Assembly: GCA_902621205.1 (NCBI GenBank)
Contig: CACNLH010000007.1
Coordinates: 7,381 to 71,380, forward strand
Source of the DNA: an uncultured Alphaproteobacteria bacterium
GTDB taxonomy: Bacteria; Pseudomonadota; Alphaproteobacteria; HIMB59
DNA length: 64,000 nt
Direction of reading: 5' to 3'
How positions within the stretch are numbered: the stretch's first letter is position 1; the number at the start of each line of letters is the position of its first letter. The notes beneath the pieces were generated by a model, which saw only the letters and a list, made by a program, of their open reading frames with translations, had not been told where the DNA came from and did no database searches. Position numbers and translations under genes: made by a program. Of this stretch, positions 1 to 10,908 are shown in pieces.

Positions 1-182
1 AAACCTAAAACATAAGTAATTTTTGTCATTCCTGAAAAAGAGGATTTATTTGTTGTCATTCCACCTGTAAGAGATGTTTGAGTGCCTAGCCCTAGACTTC
101 CACCTTCAGTTTTTTGAAAAAGTATAATTAAAATGAGTACCACTCCAATAATCGCGCTAATAATTAAAAAAAGGTTTATCAT
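1..182 (-). CDS. secG: Preprotein translocase subunit SecG (5' part; runs off window)
   Basis: Hand translation from ATG at 182: MINLFLIISAIIGVVLILIILFQKTEGGSLGLG...MTKITYVLG. TM1 plus Q-x-x-x-GG-x-LG loop; lies directly downstream of tpiA. Confidence 0.85.
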   Translation of the reverse strand, partial: MINLFLIISAIIGVVLILIILFQKTEGGSLGLGTQTSLTGGMTTNKSSFSGMTKITYVLG

Positions 183-186
183 AATG

Positions 187-897
187 TTATTTAAAGTAAT
201 TTATAAATGAAGGTTTTGTTGAAGCAGAGCCTACCAAAACCCCATCTAATTTTTGTAAACTTAAAATTTCTTTTATATTTGATAAATTTACGGAACCACC
301 ATATAAAATTTTTATTTTTTTAAAAGAATAATTTTTTAATATTTTGGTCAAAAATTGCAAAATATCATTAATTTCAGACATTTTTGGTGTTAATCCCGTA
401 CCAATTGACCATAAAGGCTCATAAGCTAGTATCACTTCATTATAGATGTTAGATTTTTTAAATATTTTATTTATTTGTTTTTTTAAAAAATTTTTAGTTT
501 TTTTTGATTTATAAATATCTACAGGCTCTCCAATACAAACAATTGGTGTAATTTTGTTATGCAGACAAAGATCAGTTTTTTTTTGTATAATCAAATCTGT
601 TTCACCAAAGTTAGACCTAACTTCTGAGTGACCAAGAATACAAAATTTAATATTATTACTAACTAAATCTTGAATATCTATAGACCCTGTAGAAGCACCT
701 TTTCCATGTAAATCTACATTTTGTGCTGCATAGATATTTTTTGGATATCTAGATTTGAGAGTGAGGTTATAAAAGTTATTAGGACTAGAAATAAGTTTGT
801 ATTTCTTTGTACTTGGTAGTTTAGACACTACCTTTGATAAGTTCATACTTTCAGATATATTTAAATATGATTTCCAATTAAATATTATATATTTCAT
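187..897 (-). CDS. tpiA: Triosephosphate isomerase
   Basis: NWK, GHSE, AYEPLWSIGTG, LYGGSV and DGVLVG motifs; start moved to ATG 897 (MKYIIFNWK). Confidence 0.95.
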   Translation of the reverse strand: MKYIIFNWKSYLNISESMNLSKVVSKLPSTKKYKLISSPNNFYNLTLKSRYPKNIYAAQNVDLHGKGASTGSIDIQDLVSNNIKFCILGHSEVRSNFGETDLIIQKKTDLCLHNKITPIVCIGEPVDIYKSKKTKNFLKKQINKIFKKSNIYNEVILAYEPLWSIGTGLTPKMSEINDILQFLTKILKNYSFKKIKILYGGSVNLSNIKEILSLQKLDGVLVGSASTKPSFINYFK

Positions 898-928
898 TAG
901 GTTAACTGATATCAAAATACTTATAAAA

Positions 929-2470
929 ATGAAAACTAAAAAGCTAATAGTTATAATATTTAGTGCTGCACTAGGCATAAGTTTCTTATTTATCGGATTT
1001 GGATCCTATGTGGGTAAAAATTATGTTTTAAAAGTAGGAGATCAAAAAATATCAACATCTGAATTTTCTAGAGCATATGAAAACTATAAATCTGAAAATG
1101 GGCTTTCTAATTTATCAGAACAAGAAGAGTTATTTTCAAAAATTCAATTTACAAATGAATATGTAAATGAGCTAGTTTTTCTTAATTATTTAGATGGAAA
1201 AATTAGTATAAGTGATAACTCCAAAAAAGTAGTTTTAAAAAAATCTTTAAATAATGACGAAATGTTTAGAAATCTAGATGAAGCATCACTTCAAAATTAC
1301 TTAAAAGAAATTGAGGGAAATATATATATTGATTTATTCAATGATAGCCTTGATGCGCAGACATTAGTTAGTCACGAAATTAATCCAGATCTTCTGATTG
1401 AGAAAGAATTAAATATATATGAGATTAAAAATGACGATAATCTTCTCAATTATCAATTAGAGGAGGATTTTTACTCCAATAACGAATTATATGAAATTTC
1501 AATTAATGAAATAAGTATCAAAAATTATATTCAAGAAGAACTACTAACTGATGACATTATAAATGAATATTATGAGGCAAATATAAATAAATTTATTGAG
1601 CCTAAAAATTATACCTATGAACAGATTATTTTAGATAGTATTTCAAATAAAAATTTTAATGAGCTGAAAGAGGGTGAAGACTCTCAATTCAAATTATTCG
1701 AAAACGTAGATGAAAAATTAATATTACCTCAAATTCTTGAAGTATTAAAAAAACTTAGTTTAGGAGATGAAGGTAATAATATTAAAATTGGAGAGAAATA
1801 CTTTTTTGTAAAACTTTTGTCTCTTGAAGAAGAATATCAAAGTACATTAGAGAATGTTTATGAAGATGTAGTAGCGACTTTAACTAAATTAGAAATAGAA
1901 AATTTTACACTAACTAATAATGTTAAAAATTTAGATAGCTATATTACAAATCAGATCTTTTTTAGTAATTCATTTAATTTTTTAGAAAATATTCCTGATC
2001 AATACAATTTTATCAACTTTAATCAATCATCCGGGGAAATAAAAAAAGATAATTTCTTATTTCAATTTAATGTTCAAAAAATATATAAAGAAGATCTACC
2101 ATTAGAGTTCAAAGAAAAATTCCTAAATTCTTTTAGCAATTATAAGAAAAATATAGACATTTCACATAATGATGAATTATTAAAAAAAGCAGGAACAGTA
2201 AAGGTCAACTATTTTACTGACTCTCTTACTATTAAAAATAATTTTATTGAGCCAGAGATTTTAGAAGAAATAATTATTATTAAAAAAGACCAAAAATTAA
2301 AAGTAGTGTTACCAAATGAAGTTATTTATTTAGATATAAATTCAATTGGATCTATTGACTCTTTAAATATAAAACAAAATATAGTGAATTTAATATATTC
2401 AAAGATTATTAAAGAAATAAAAGAAACTCTAGATATAGAAGTTGATAACGAACAACTTTTACAACTTTAG
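929..2470 (+). CDS. SurA N-terminal-domain / PpiD-like periplasmic folding chaperone
   Basis: N-terminal TM, KVGDQKISTSEF, YYEAN..KF.EP; conserved alphaproteobacterial position between tpiA and trpE; start at ATG 929. Confidence 0.75.
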   Translation: MKTKKLIVIIFSAALGISFLFIGFGSYVGKNYVLKVGDQKISTSEFSRAYENYKSENGLSNLSEQEELFSKIQFTNEYVNELVFLNYLDGKISISDNSKKVVLKKSLNNDEMFRNLDEASLQNYLKEIEGNIYIDLFNDSLDAQTLVSHEINPDLLIEKELNIYEIKNDDNLLNYQLEEDFYSNNELYEISINEISIKNYIQEELLTDDIINEYYEANINKFIEPKNYTYEQIILDSISNKNFNELKEGEDSQFKLFENVDEKLILPQILEVLKKLSLGDEGNNIKIGEKYFFVKLLSLEEEYQSTLENVYEDVVATLTKLEIENFTLTNNVKNLDSYITNQIFFSNSFNFLENIPDQYNFINFNQSSGEIKKDNFLFQFNVQKIYKEDLPLEFKEKFLNSFSNYKKNIDISHNDELLKKAGTVKVNYFTDSLTIKNNFIEPEILEEIIIIKKDQKLKVVLPNEVIYLDINSIGSIDSLNIKQNIVNLIYSKIIKEIKETLDIEVDNEQLLQL

Positions 2471-2471
2471 T

Positions 2472-3860
2472 ATGTATGTTCACGGTAAAAAAGTTTTTCT
2501 AGATACTGAAAATACAATTACAATATATAATAAACTTGCAAATAGATTTAAAGATGTCTCCATTTTAGAGTCAGTCATTGGGGGTGATAATAAAGGAAGA
2601 TACTCTATTATTCTTTTTAATATATTACAAAATATTGAAATTTTTCATAATTATGTGCTTGTAGATAATCAAAAGAAAAAAATTAAATCACCAGACTCTT
2701 TTATAAGGCAAATTTATAAAAATTTAAAAATTAAAACTATATATGATCAGAACATACCTCTACCCGTATTTATAGGTAACGTATCATTTGATTTATGTAA
2801 GTTTACCCTTCCAAAATTAAGTTATATGCCTGATAAGAATGAAATTGGAATACCTCTGGCACATTTTGTAAAACCAAGAAATCTAATAATCATAGATAAT
2901 GTTCTTAATGAGACACATTTAATTGAAGTTTCAAATATCAAGAAAAAACCAGTAAAATCCCTTAAAACATTAGAAAATATACTTAAAGAGTCTTTTTCTA
3001 AAAATAAAAAATTAAATTTTAGTAAACTTAAAAAATTTAAAAACTATGTTAAGAAAGAGGAATTTATTCAAAGAGTTAAGGAAATAAAAAGTGAAATTAA
3101 AGTTGGTGAAATATTTCAAGCTGTTCTTTCTCAAAGATTTTCTAATGACTATTTAATTGATCCATTTAATTTTTATAGAGCATTAAGATCAATTAATCCC
3201 TCACCTTATCTTGTTTTTTTAAACCTAAAAAACTATCAAATTATCTGCTCAAGTCCTGAGACTATGATTAAAGTAAAAAATAAAGAAATTACACTCAGAC
3301 CTATTGCCGGAACTAGAAGAAGGGGTAAAAATGAGATTGAAGATAATAATTTAAAAAATGAATTACTTAAGGATAAAAAAGAACTAGCTGAACATTTAAT
3401 GCTAGTTGATTTAGGTAGAAATGATGTTGGTCAAATTTCAAAAAATAATACTGTAAAGGTAACTGAGCAAAATATAATAGAATATTATTCTCATGTAATG
3501 CATATAGTCAGTAATGTTACGGGAGAATTAAAAAATAACTTAACACCTATAGATGTTCTCTTTGCTGGCTTGCCAGCAGGGACTGTTTCTGGAGCGCCTA
3601 AAATTAGAGCACTAGAAATATTAGAAAAACATGAAAAAATAAATAGGGAATTTTATTCAGGTTCAGTTTTTTATATAGATGCAAATGGGGATATGGATAG
3701 TTGTATTAATCTCAGAACTGCAATGATTAAAAATAAAAAAATATATGCACAAAGTGGAGCAGGTATTGTTTTTGACAGCATACCTGAAAATGAACATAGT
3801 GAGTGTATCAATAAGGCTAGTGCTTTATTTGAAGCTTACAATTTAGCTCACAACATATAA
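2472..3860 (+). CDS. trpE: Anthranilate synthase component I
   Basis: GEIFQAVLSQR, NPSPY, PIAGTRRRG, EHLMLVDLGRND, GTVSGAPK. Confidence 0.96.
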   Translation: MYVHGKKVFLDTENTITIYNKLANRFKDVSILESVIGGDNKGRYSIILFNILQNIEIFHNYVLVDNQKKKIKSPDSFIRQIYKNLKIKTIYDQNIPLPVFIGNVSFDLCKFTLPKLSYMPDKNEIGIPLAHFVKPRNLIIIDNVLNETHLIEVSNIKKKPVKSLKTLENILKESFSKNKKLNFSKLKKFKNYVKKEEFIQRVKEIKSEIKVGEIFQAVLSQRFSNDYLIDPFNFYRALRSINPSPYLVFLNLKNYQIICSSPETMIKVKNKEITLRPIAGTRRRGKNEIEDNNLKNELLKDKKELAEHLMLVDLGRNDVGQISKNNTVKVTEQNIIEYYSHVMHIVSNVTGELKNNLTPIDVLFAGLPAGTVSGAPKIRALEILEKHEKINREFYSGSVFYIDANGDMDSCINLRTAMIKNKKIYAQSGAGIVFDSIPENEHSECINKASALFEAYNLAHNI

Positions 3861-4429
3861 TGATTACTCTCATAGATAATTACGATAGCTTCACATATAA
3901 TTTGTATCATTGTTTAAGTAAAAGAGATCAAGTATTAGTTATTAAAAATGACTGTATCTTAAAAAATATTGATAAAATTATTAATAGTAAAGGTGTTGTA
4001 ATATCACCTGGGCCGAGTAATCCATTTAATGCAGGAGAATGTCTTGATTTAGTCCATCAAATATACTCATTTATACCAATATTAGGTGTTTGTTTAGGTC
4101 ATCAAATTTTAGGTGTCTATTTTGGAGCTAAAATAGACACATTAAGTACACCAATGCATGGAAAAGTATCGAATTTAAAAAAAATAAATGAATGTAAAAT
4201 ATATAAAAATATTGATAAAAAGTTCCGTGCAACTAGATATCACTCTTTATACCTAAATAAAAATAATTTTCCTCAAAATTTAAAAATAACAAGCATTTCA
4301 GAAGATGATAAAATTATAATGAGTTTTAAACATGAATTATTTTCGATTTATGGTGTGCAATATCATCCAGAAAGTATCGAAACTCTTGTGGGTTCAAAGA
4401 TTTTAGAAAATTTTATGGATTGTATATGA
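3860..4429 (+). CDS. trpG: Anthranilate synthase component II (glutamine amidotransferase)
   Basis: IDNYDSFTYN, SPGP, GVCLGHQ, RYHSL, QYHPES. Confidence 0.95.
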   Translation: MITLIDNYDSFTYNLYHCLSKRDQVLVIKNDCILKNIDKIINSKGVVISPGPSNPFNAGECLDLVHQIYSFIPILGVCLGHQILGVYFGAKIDTLSTPMHGKVSNLKKINECKIYKNIDKKFRATRYHSLYLNKNNFPQNLKITSISEDDKIIMSFKHELFSIYGVQYHPESIETLVGSKILENFMDCI

Positions 4430-5409
4430 AATTTAAAATAGATGATTTAATAACTAAAAGAAATGTTGAGTATGCTATTAAATATTTATTTGACTCAGAT
4501 AATATTTCTCATCAAGCAATTATAATTCATCAACTAAATAAATTAATAAATAATAGCGATATACTATTATCTCTAAGGAAATTTATTTTTAAAAATTCTA
4601 ATAAAATAAAGCAATATCCTAATTCTTTGGATACATGCGGGACTGGAGGTGATGGGTTAAAGACACTAAATATATCAACAACAGTAGCTATATTATTATC
4701 ATCTGTTGAAATTCCAGTTGCAAAACATGGTAATCGTGCTGCTAGCTCATTGAGTGGCTCCTCTGATATTATTTCTGAATTGAATATATCCAGTGAAAAA
4801 GACTCAAATAAAATAATTAATAAAATAAAAAATGATAAATTTGTCTATTTAAATGCACCTTTTTTTTATTCAAATCTTAGTAAAGTTGGAGAAGTAAGAA
4901 AAAAATTAGGAATAAAAACAATATTTAATTATATGGGCCCTACATTAAATCCATTAGGTGCAAAATATCAAATATTAGGCACAGTGAATAAAAACTCAGC
5001 AGAAATTATGTTAAAAATACTATCTAAAATTGATAATAAAAATTCTACAATTTTTTTCTCAGATGATGGATTAGACGAAATAAGTATATTTGCACCAACA
5101 AATTTTTATTTTAAAAGAGGAAAAAATATCACTAAAAAGAAGATATCTCATACAAAATATAAAAAATACCTTTCAGCTAAATTAAATTTTAAGGATATTA
5201 AAGGAGGTATTCCCTCTTATAATGCAAGCAGGCTGATTGAATTATTTCAGGGAAAAAAAGATAGTTACAGAGATATAACTCTTATTAATTCAATTTACGC
5301 AATGCAAACCATAAAACCGACCTATAAATTTGATGAATGCTTTGATATATTAAGAAATTCTCTTGATACGTCTAAGGCTCTAAATCATTTAAACAAAATT
5401 AAAAAGTAA
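4426..5409 (+). CDS. trpD: Anthranilate phosphoribosyltransferase
   Basis: DTCGTGGDG, NIST, KHGNRAASS, GLDEIS. Confidence 0.93.
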   Translation: MKFKIDDLITKRNVEYAIKYLFDSDNISHQAIIIHQLNKLINNSDILLSLRKFIFKNSNKIKQYPNSLDTCGTGGDGLKTLNISTTVAILLSSVEIPVAKHGNRAASSLSGSSDIISELNISSEKDSNKIINKIKNDKFVYLNAPFFYSNLSKVGEVRKKLGIKTIFNYMGPTLNPLGAKYQILGTVNKNSAEIMLKILSKIDNKNSTIFFSDDGLDEISIFAPTNFYFKRGKNITKKKISHTKYKKYLSAKLNFKDIKGGIPSYNASRLIELFQGKKDSYRDITLINSIYAMQTIKPTYKFDECFDILRNSLDTSKALNHLNKIKK

Positions 5410-6179
5410 TGAATATTTTAGATAAAATAGTTTTAGAAAAAACTAATCATATTAAATATTTAAAACAAAAAACTAATAAAAAAAAGAATTCTAGATATAG
5501 TAAGTCAAAATACTTTCTTAGTACAATAGAAAATAATCTACATATTAATAAAAATGCTCTTATCGCTGAATTTAAAAGATATAGCCCTTCGGTTAAAAAT
5601 TTTAATAAAATAAAGTATATTCAAGATATTCTAGAACAATATCATAAATCAAATTGTTGTTGTATATCCATCTTAACTGATAAAAATTTTGGTGGAAGTT
5701 TAAATGATATAACAATTGCAAAAAAAATTACTGATAAGCCAATTATTAGAAAAGATTTTATAATAAATGAAACACAAGTATTTGAAACTAAAGAATTTGG
5801 TGCAGATGCTTTATTATTAATTGCAAAAATTTTATCTAAATCAAATATAAAAAAATTACATAATTTGGCAATTGATATTGGTCTAGATGTATTAATAGAA
5901 ATTGAAAATATTTCTGAAGCAAGGAAAATTGAGGGTATAGATGCAAAACTGATTGGTATCAATAATAGAAACCTAAAAGAACAAAAAATTGATATAAATA
6001 AATCAATAAAACTATCTAAAATATTAAAAAATAAAATAATAATTAGTGAAAGTGGAGTTACAGTTTCAAATATAAAAAAAATTAAAAAAGAGAGTGGAAT
6101 ATCTTCTTTTTTAATAGGTGGTAGTATTTTAAAAAATGATAATAAAATTAAATATATTAATAGATTGTATGAGGCTTAA
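5409..6179 (+). CDS. trpC: Indole-3-glycerol phosphate synthase
   Basis: IAEFKRYSPS, RKDFI, GADALLLI, GINNRNL, SESG. Confidence 0.95.
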   Translation: MNILDKIVLEKTNHIKYLKQKTNKKKNSRYSKSKYFLSTIENNLHINKNALIAEFKRYSPSVKNFNKIKYIQDILEQYHKSNCCCISILTDKNFGGSLNDITIAKKITDKPIIRKDFIINETQVFETKEFGADALLLIAKILSKSNIKKLHNLAIDIGLDVLIEIENISEARKIEGIDAKLIGINNRNLKEQKIDINKSIKLSKILKNKIIISESGVTVSNIKKIKKESGISSFLIGGSILKNDNKIKYINRLYEA

Positions 6180-6643
6180 TGAGTCTATCACACTTCAATA
6201 AAAAAAATAAAAATATTGAAATGGTTGATATATCAAAAAAAAATAAAACAAAAAGATTTGCTGAGGCAAGATCTTTACTTGAAATTGATAAAAAACTCTA
6301 TTCAGTAATCAAAGGTGATAAAGAACTAAAAAATAATTTATTTAACACAGCCAAAATTGCAGGTATATATGCTGCCAAAAATACCTCACAACAGATACCT
6401 TTAACACACAATATACCAATAGATTATGTTTCTTTGTCCCTTAATTTAAGAGATGAGGAATATATAGAAATAAAAAGTGTTGTGAAATCAAACTACTCAA
6501 CAGGATTAGAGATAGAAGCCTTAAATTCTGTTTCGTGTGCCTCTATTACAACTTTTGATATGCTTAAGTCTTTTAAAAAAAAGATAATTATTAAGAAAAT
6601 TGAAATAATAAAAAAAAGAGGAGGTAAAAACAATATTGGATGA
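6179..6643 (+). CDS. moaC: Cyclic pyranopterin monophosphate synthase
   Basis: LSHF...MVDISKK, IAGIYAAKNTS..IPLTH, TGLEIEAL, DMLKS; trpC-moaC-moeA-lexA synteny. Confidence 0.9.
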   Translation: MSLSHFNKKNKNIEMVDISKKNKTKRFAEARSLLEIDKKLYSVIKGDKELKNNLFNTAKIAGIYAAKNTSQQIPLTHNIPIDYVSLSLNLRDEEYIEIKSVVKSNYSTGLEIEALNSVSCASITTFDMLKSFKKKIIIKKIEIIKKRGGKNNIG

Positions 6644-7754
6644 TATTTTTAAGACAATTAAATTAATTTCAAGTTATCTTCCAAAAAATAAATTTTCATC
6701 AATTTTAAGTCAAAATCTAAATTATAATCATCTAATCAAATCTAATATAGTGATTAAGAAAAATATACCTCCTCAAAATCAATCATCAATGGATGGTATA
6801 GCAATTACAAATGTTGGAAAGAAATTTAAAATTATTGGAAGATCGAAATTAAATATTTTTAATAAAATAAAGGTAAATTTAAATGAGTGTTTAATTGTAA
6901 AAACTGGGTCACTAATACCTGATAATATAAAATATATAGTTCCCCAAGAACAAATATTTATAAATAAAGGAAATGCATATGTAATTAATTTTAATAAAAA
7001 TAATAAATTCATAAGAAAAAAAGGACATATCTTCAAAAAAGGTAGTAAAATAGATTTTCAAAATAAATATCTATCTTTTTATGAGTTAAGCAGTATAAAA
7101 AGCCTCAAAGATATAAAAGTCAAAATACTACAACCATTAAAGTTTAAAATTATTTCGACAGGTAGCGAATTTACAAAAAGTCATTTTATTCTCCCTACAA
7201 ATGGTTATTATTTAAATAATTTTATAAAAAAGAATAATCATATTGTTGAAAAGAGTATTCATATAAAAGATGATCAAAAATTATTACTAAAAGAAATAAA
7301 CAATTCAAAATCAGATATTACAGTTATTATTGGAGGCACAGGTAAAAGTAAAGATGATATTAATTTTGAATATTTTAATTTAATTATTGATGGTCTTGAT
7401 TTAAAACCAGGTAGACCTTTTAAATTATTTATAAAAAAAAATAAAATTTATATGTTTTTTCCTGGAAACCCATGCTCTTCCTTTGTATTGACCAATATAA
7501 TTATTAAATCATTAATCGAGATTTATAATAATAGAAAATCGCAGATTAAATATGATTTAATTGATATCAATAAAGTAAAATTTAATTTTAAAATTTTGAA
7601 AAGAAAATCTTTTTTATTTGGTTTAAGAGATCAGAAAAGTATTAAAGTATTTGATAATCAAGAAAGTTCTAATTTAAAAAATATATTATATGCAAACTGT
7701 CTGATTTATTATGATAGAACTAATAAACTAAGGTTATATCAAATAAATGACTAA
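6636..7754 (+). CDS. moeA: Molybdopterin molybdotransferase (divergent)
   Basis: SSMDGIA, TGSLIP, STGSE, KPGRP, PGNP motifs; synteny. Confidence 0.85.
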   Translation: MDDIFKTIKLISSYLPKNKFSSILSQNLNYNHLIKSNIVIKKNIPPQNQSSMDGIAITNVGKKFKIIGRSKLNIFNKIKVNLNECLIVKTGSLIPDNIKYIVPQEQIFINKGNAYVINFNKNNKFIRKKGHIFKKGSKIDFQNKYLSFYELSSIKSLKDIKVKILQPLKFKIISTGSEFTKSHFILPTNGYYLNNFIKKNNHIVEKSIHIKDDQKLLLKEINNSKSDITVIIGGTGKSKDDINFEYFNLIIDGLDLKPGRPFKLFIKKNKIYMFFPGNPCSSFVLTNIIIKSLIEIYNNRKSQIKYDLIDINKVKFNFKILKRKSFLFGLRDQKSIKVFDNQESSNLKNILYANCLIYYDRTNKLRLYQIND

Positions 7755-8325
7755 AAACGCCAAAAAGCTTTTAGATTTTTTGAGAAAATATATTGAGAAA
7801 AATAAAATATCTCCTAATTATGAGGAAATGAAAGAACACATGGGTTTAAAATCTAAATCCTCCATATTTCAATATTTAGAATATTTAGAAGAACAAGGTC
7901 ACATTAAAAAAAACAAATTAAAATCTAGGTCTATTGAATTAAATAATTTAATTCCTTTTTATAATACGATATCTGCGGGCAAACCTATAGATAGTTTGAG
8001 TCAACAAATAGAATATATTGATGTAAATAGTTTTATAAAATCAAATAAAAAGAACTGTGTCGCTTGTAAAGTAAGTGGTAATTCAATGGAATCATATGGT
8101 ATTTTTGAAGATGATATAATTATATTAGAAAAAGTTACAAATTATAATTCAAATGATATTCATGCTATTCAGATAGATGATAGTGAGATAACTCTAAAAA
8201 AAATTAAATTAATCAAAGATGAAATTGAAATATTTGGTGATCGCAAAAATTTTTCATCAATCAAGTATAAAAAAGATAGGATCAAAATATTGGGTAAGAT
8301 GATTAATTTAGTAAGAAAATATTAA
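7747..8325 (+). CDS. lexA: SOS repressor LexA
   Basis: N-terminal wHTH (P.YEEM...GLKSKS), A-G cleavage site (ISAG), catalytic Ser (GNSM) and Lys (TLKK). Confidence 0.88.
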   Translation: MTKNAKKLLDFLRKYIEKNKISPNYEEMKEHMGLKSKSSIFQYLEYLEEQGHIKKNKLKSRSIELNNLIPFYNTISAGKPIDSLSQQIEYIDVNSFIKSNKKNCVACKVSGNSMESYGIFEDDIIILEKVTNYNSNDIHAIQIDDSEITLKKIKLIKDEIEIFGDRKNFSSIKYKKDRIKILGKMINLVRKY

Positions 8326-9560
8326 TGATAATCACTAGATTCGCCCCCTCTCCTACCGGAAATTTTCATATGGGAAGTTTAAGGACTGCTATTTACAATT
8401 TTTTATTTGCAAGAAAAAATAAAGGAAAATTTCTTTTAAGAATAGAAGACACAGATAAGGAAAGATCAAAAAAAAAATATGAAGAAGAAATATTAAAAAT
8501 ATTTAATATATTTAAACTTCAATATGACAATCTTAGTTATCAATCTAAAAATTTAAGTATTCATCAAGAATATTTAGAAAAACTGATATCAAATGATATA
8601 GCGTATCGTTCAAAGGATGGTCCTTATAAGTTCAGAGTGAACAGAGATAATGAATTTTTTGAGTATAATGATTTAATTTTAGGAAAAATTAAAGTACCGT
8701 CTAATACTATAGAAAATTTTTCAATTGCAAGATCAGACAAAAGCCCTACTTTTATATTATCAAACTTAGTTGATGATAATTTAGAGAATGTAACAAATGT
8801 AATTCGAGGAAATGATCATACTACTAATTCAATTAAACAAATTATGTTATCCAATGCGTTAAATTTTAAAGATATAAAGTATGCACACATACCACTAATA
8901 CATGACATCAATGGAAAAAAATTGTCAAAAAGAAATAATATAACTAATGTAAATGATTATTTGAGTGAAGGTTACCTATCTGACTCAATATTTAATTTTA
9001 TTATTAAATTAGGTAATAATTTCAATGATATTGAATATTTAAATATTGAAGATGCAATTGAAAATTTCAATTTATCAAAAATAGTTTTATCTCCAGCTAA
9101 ATTTGATATTGAAAAGTTGGATTTCATTAATCGTTATTATTTAAATAAATTATCTTTTAAAGAATTTAAAAATTTTTTAGAGAAGGACATTGAGAAACAA
9201 GTATCTAATTTTAAGTTAGAACTTGTATACACAGATATATTGGAAAGATGTGATAAATATACAGATATCAATATAGAGGTATCAAAACTTTTAAACTTTT
9301 TTGAAAAAAATATTGTCCTTGAAATTGATGAAGATGAAAAAGATCTAATTAAAAAAATTTATTTAATTATTAAAAGTTTGCATGATACTGATAATGCTGC
9401 ACTAATACTTGAAGAAAATGACTTACCTTTAAGGAAAATAGGTAAGATAATCAGAAAAATTATAGTAAATTTTGAGTCCAAAATACCAATTGAGAAGATT
9501 ATTTTATTCTTTGGTATTGAAAAAGTGAAAGAAAAGTTATTATTATATTTAGATGATTGA
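8325..9560 (+). CDS. gltX: Glutamate--tRNA ligase (short form)
   Basis: [30 protein letters not shown]; upstream of gltA. Confidence 0.9.
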   Translation: MIITRFAPSPTGNFHMGSLRTAIYNFLFARKNKGKFLLRIEDTDKERSKKKYEEEILKIFNIFKLQYDNLSYQSKNLSIHQEYLEKLISNDIAYRSKDGPYKFRVNRDNEFFEYNDLILGKIKVPSNTIENFSIARSDKSPTFILSNLVDDNLENVTNVIRGNDHTTNSIKQIMLSNALNFKDIKYAHIPLIHDINGKKLSKRNNITNVNDYLSEGYLSDSIFNFIIKLGNNFNDIEYLNIEDAIENFNLSKIVLSPAKFDIEKLDFINRYYLNKLSFKEFKNFLEKDIEKQVSNFKLELVYTDILERCDKYTDINIEVSKLLNFFEKNIVLEIDEDEKDLIKKIYLIIKSLHDTDNAALILEENDLPLRKIGKIIRKIIVNFESKIPIEKIILFFGIEKVKEKLLLYLDD

Positions 9561-10908
9561 TGAAAAACGATTTAAATTAGTCGATACTAAAACTGGTAAA
9601 GAGTATGAATTCGATGGGATCAAAGGATCTATTGGGCCAGATGTAATTAACATATCATCACTTTATAAGAAGACAGGTTTATTTACTTATGACCCTGGGT
9701 TCACATCAACTGCAGCTTGTAACTCTAAAATTACATACATCGATGGTGAAAAAGGTATACTTCAATATAGAGGTTATCCTATTGAGGAACTTGCAAATAA
9801 TAGTTCTCATCTAGAAGTTTGTTATCTACTTATGCATGGTGAGTTGCCATCAGAGAGTGATAAATATGAGTTTGAAGAAATAATTAAAAACCACACATTA
9901 CTTAATGAGCAAATAATTCAGTTTTATAGAGGTTTTAGAAGAGATGCACACCCTATGGCCATGATGATTGGAATTGTTGGAGCATTATCATCATTTTATC
10001 ATGACTCATTAAATATTGAAGATCCTGAGCATAGAATGATTGCCTCACATAGAATTTTAGCAAAGATGCCAACCATTGCTGCAATGGCTTATAAATACTC
10101 TGTAGGTCAACCTTTTGTTTATCCTGTTAATAAACTTAATTATGCAGATAATTTTTTACATATGTGCTTTGCAACACCAACGAAGGAATATGAAATAAAT
10201 CCGCTCTTTTCAAAAATAATGGATCAAATCTTTATTCTTCATGCTGATCATGAACAAAATGCTTCAACATCAACTGTAAGGACTGCTGGCTCATCTTTAG
10301 CAAATCCATATGCTTGCTTATCAGCTGGCATCTCATCACTTTGGGGGAAATCTCACGGTGGTGCAAATGAAGCAGTGATAGATATGATTGATGAAATAGT
10401 TTCAAATGATTTAGAACCAAAAGACTTTATAGAAGAAGTTAAAAATAAAAAAAATAAAATAAGATTGATGGGTTTTGGACATAGAGTGTATAAAAGCTAT
10501 GATCCAAGAGCTAAAGTTTTAAAGAAAAGTACAGAGGATTTATTCAAGGATTTAAAAATAAAATCAAAAGAACTCGAAATAGCCAAAGAAATTGAAGAAT
10601 TAGCTTTAAATGACTCATATTTTAAAGAAAAAAATCTATACCCAAATGTTGATTTTTATTCTGGAATTCTTTTAAAAGCACTAAACATACCTACCACAAT
10701 GTTTACACCAATTTTTGCAGTTGGAAGAACAGTTGGCTGGCTATCACAGTGGAAAGAAATGATAGAAGATAAAGAGTTTAAAATAACAAGACCTAGACAA
10801 TTATTTACTGGAGATAAAGATAAATCCTATAAAAAAGTCCCTGATAGAGAGAAAAAATCAATATTTAATTTATTGTGGCTTAAGAAAACTTTTCTAAATA
10901 ATCAATAA
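9553..10908 (+). CDS. gltA: Citrate synthase (type II)
   Basis: [40 protein letters not shown]. Confidence 0.97.
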   Translation: MIDEKRFKLVDTKTGKEYEFDGIKGSIGPDVINISSLYKKTGLFTYDPGFTSTAACNSKITYIDGEKGILQYRGYPIEELANNSSHLEVCYLLMHGELPSESDKYEFEEIIKNHTLLNEQIIQFYRGFRRDAHPMAMMIGIVGALSSFYHDSLNIEDPEHRMIASHRILAKMPTIAAMAYKYSVGQPFVYPVNKLNYADNFLHMCFATPTKEYEINPLFSKIMDQIFILHADHEQNASTSTVRTAGSSLANPYACLSAGISSLWGKSHGGANEAVIDMIDEIVSNDLEPKDFIEEVKNKKNKIRLMGFGHRVYKSYDPRAKVLKKSTEDLFKDLKIKSKELEIAKEIEELALNDSYFKEKNLYPNVDFYSGILLKALNIPTTMFTPIFAVGRTVGWLSQWKEMIEDKEFKITRPRQLFTGDKDKSYKKVPDREKKSIFNLLWLKKTFLNNQ

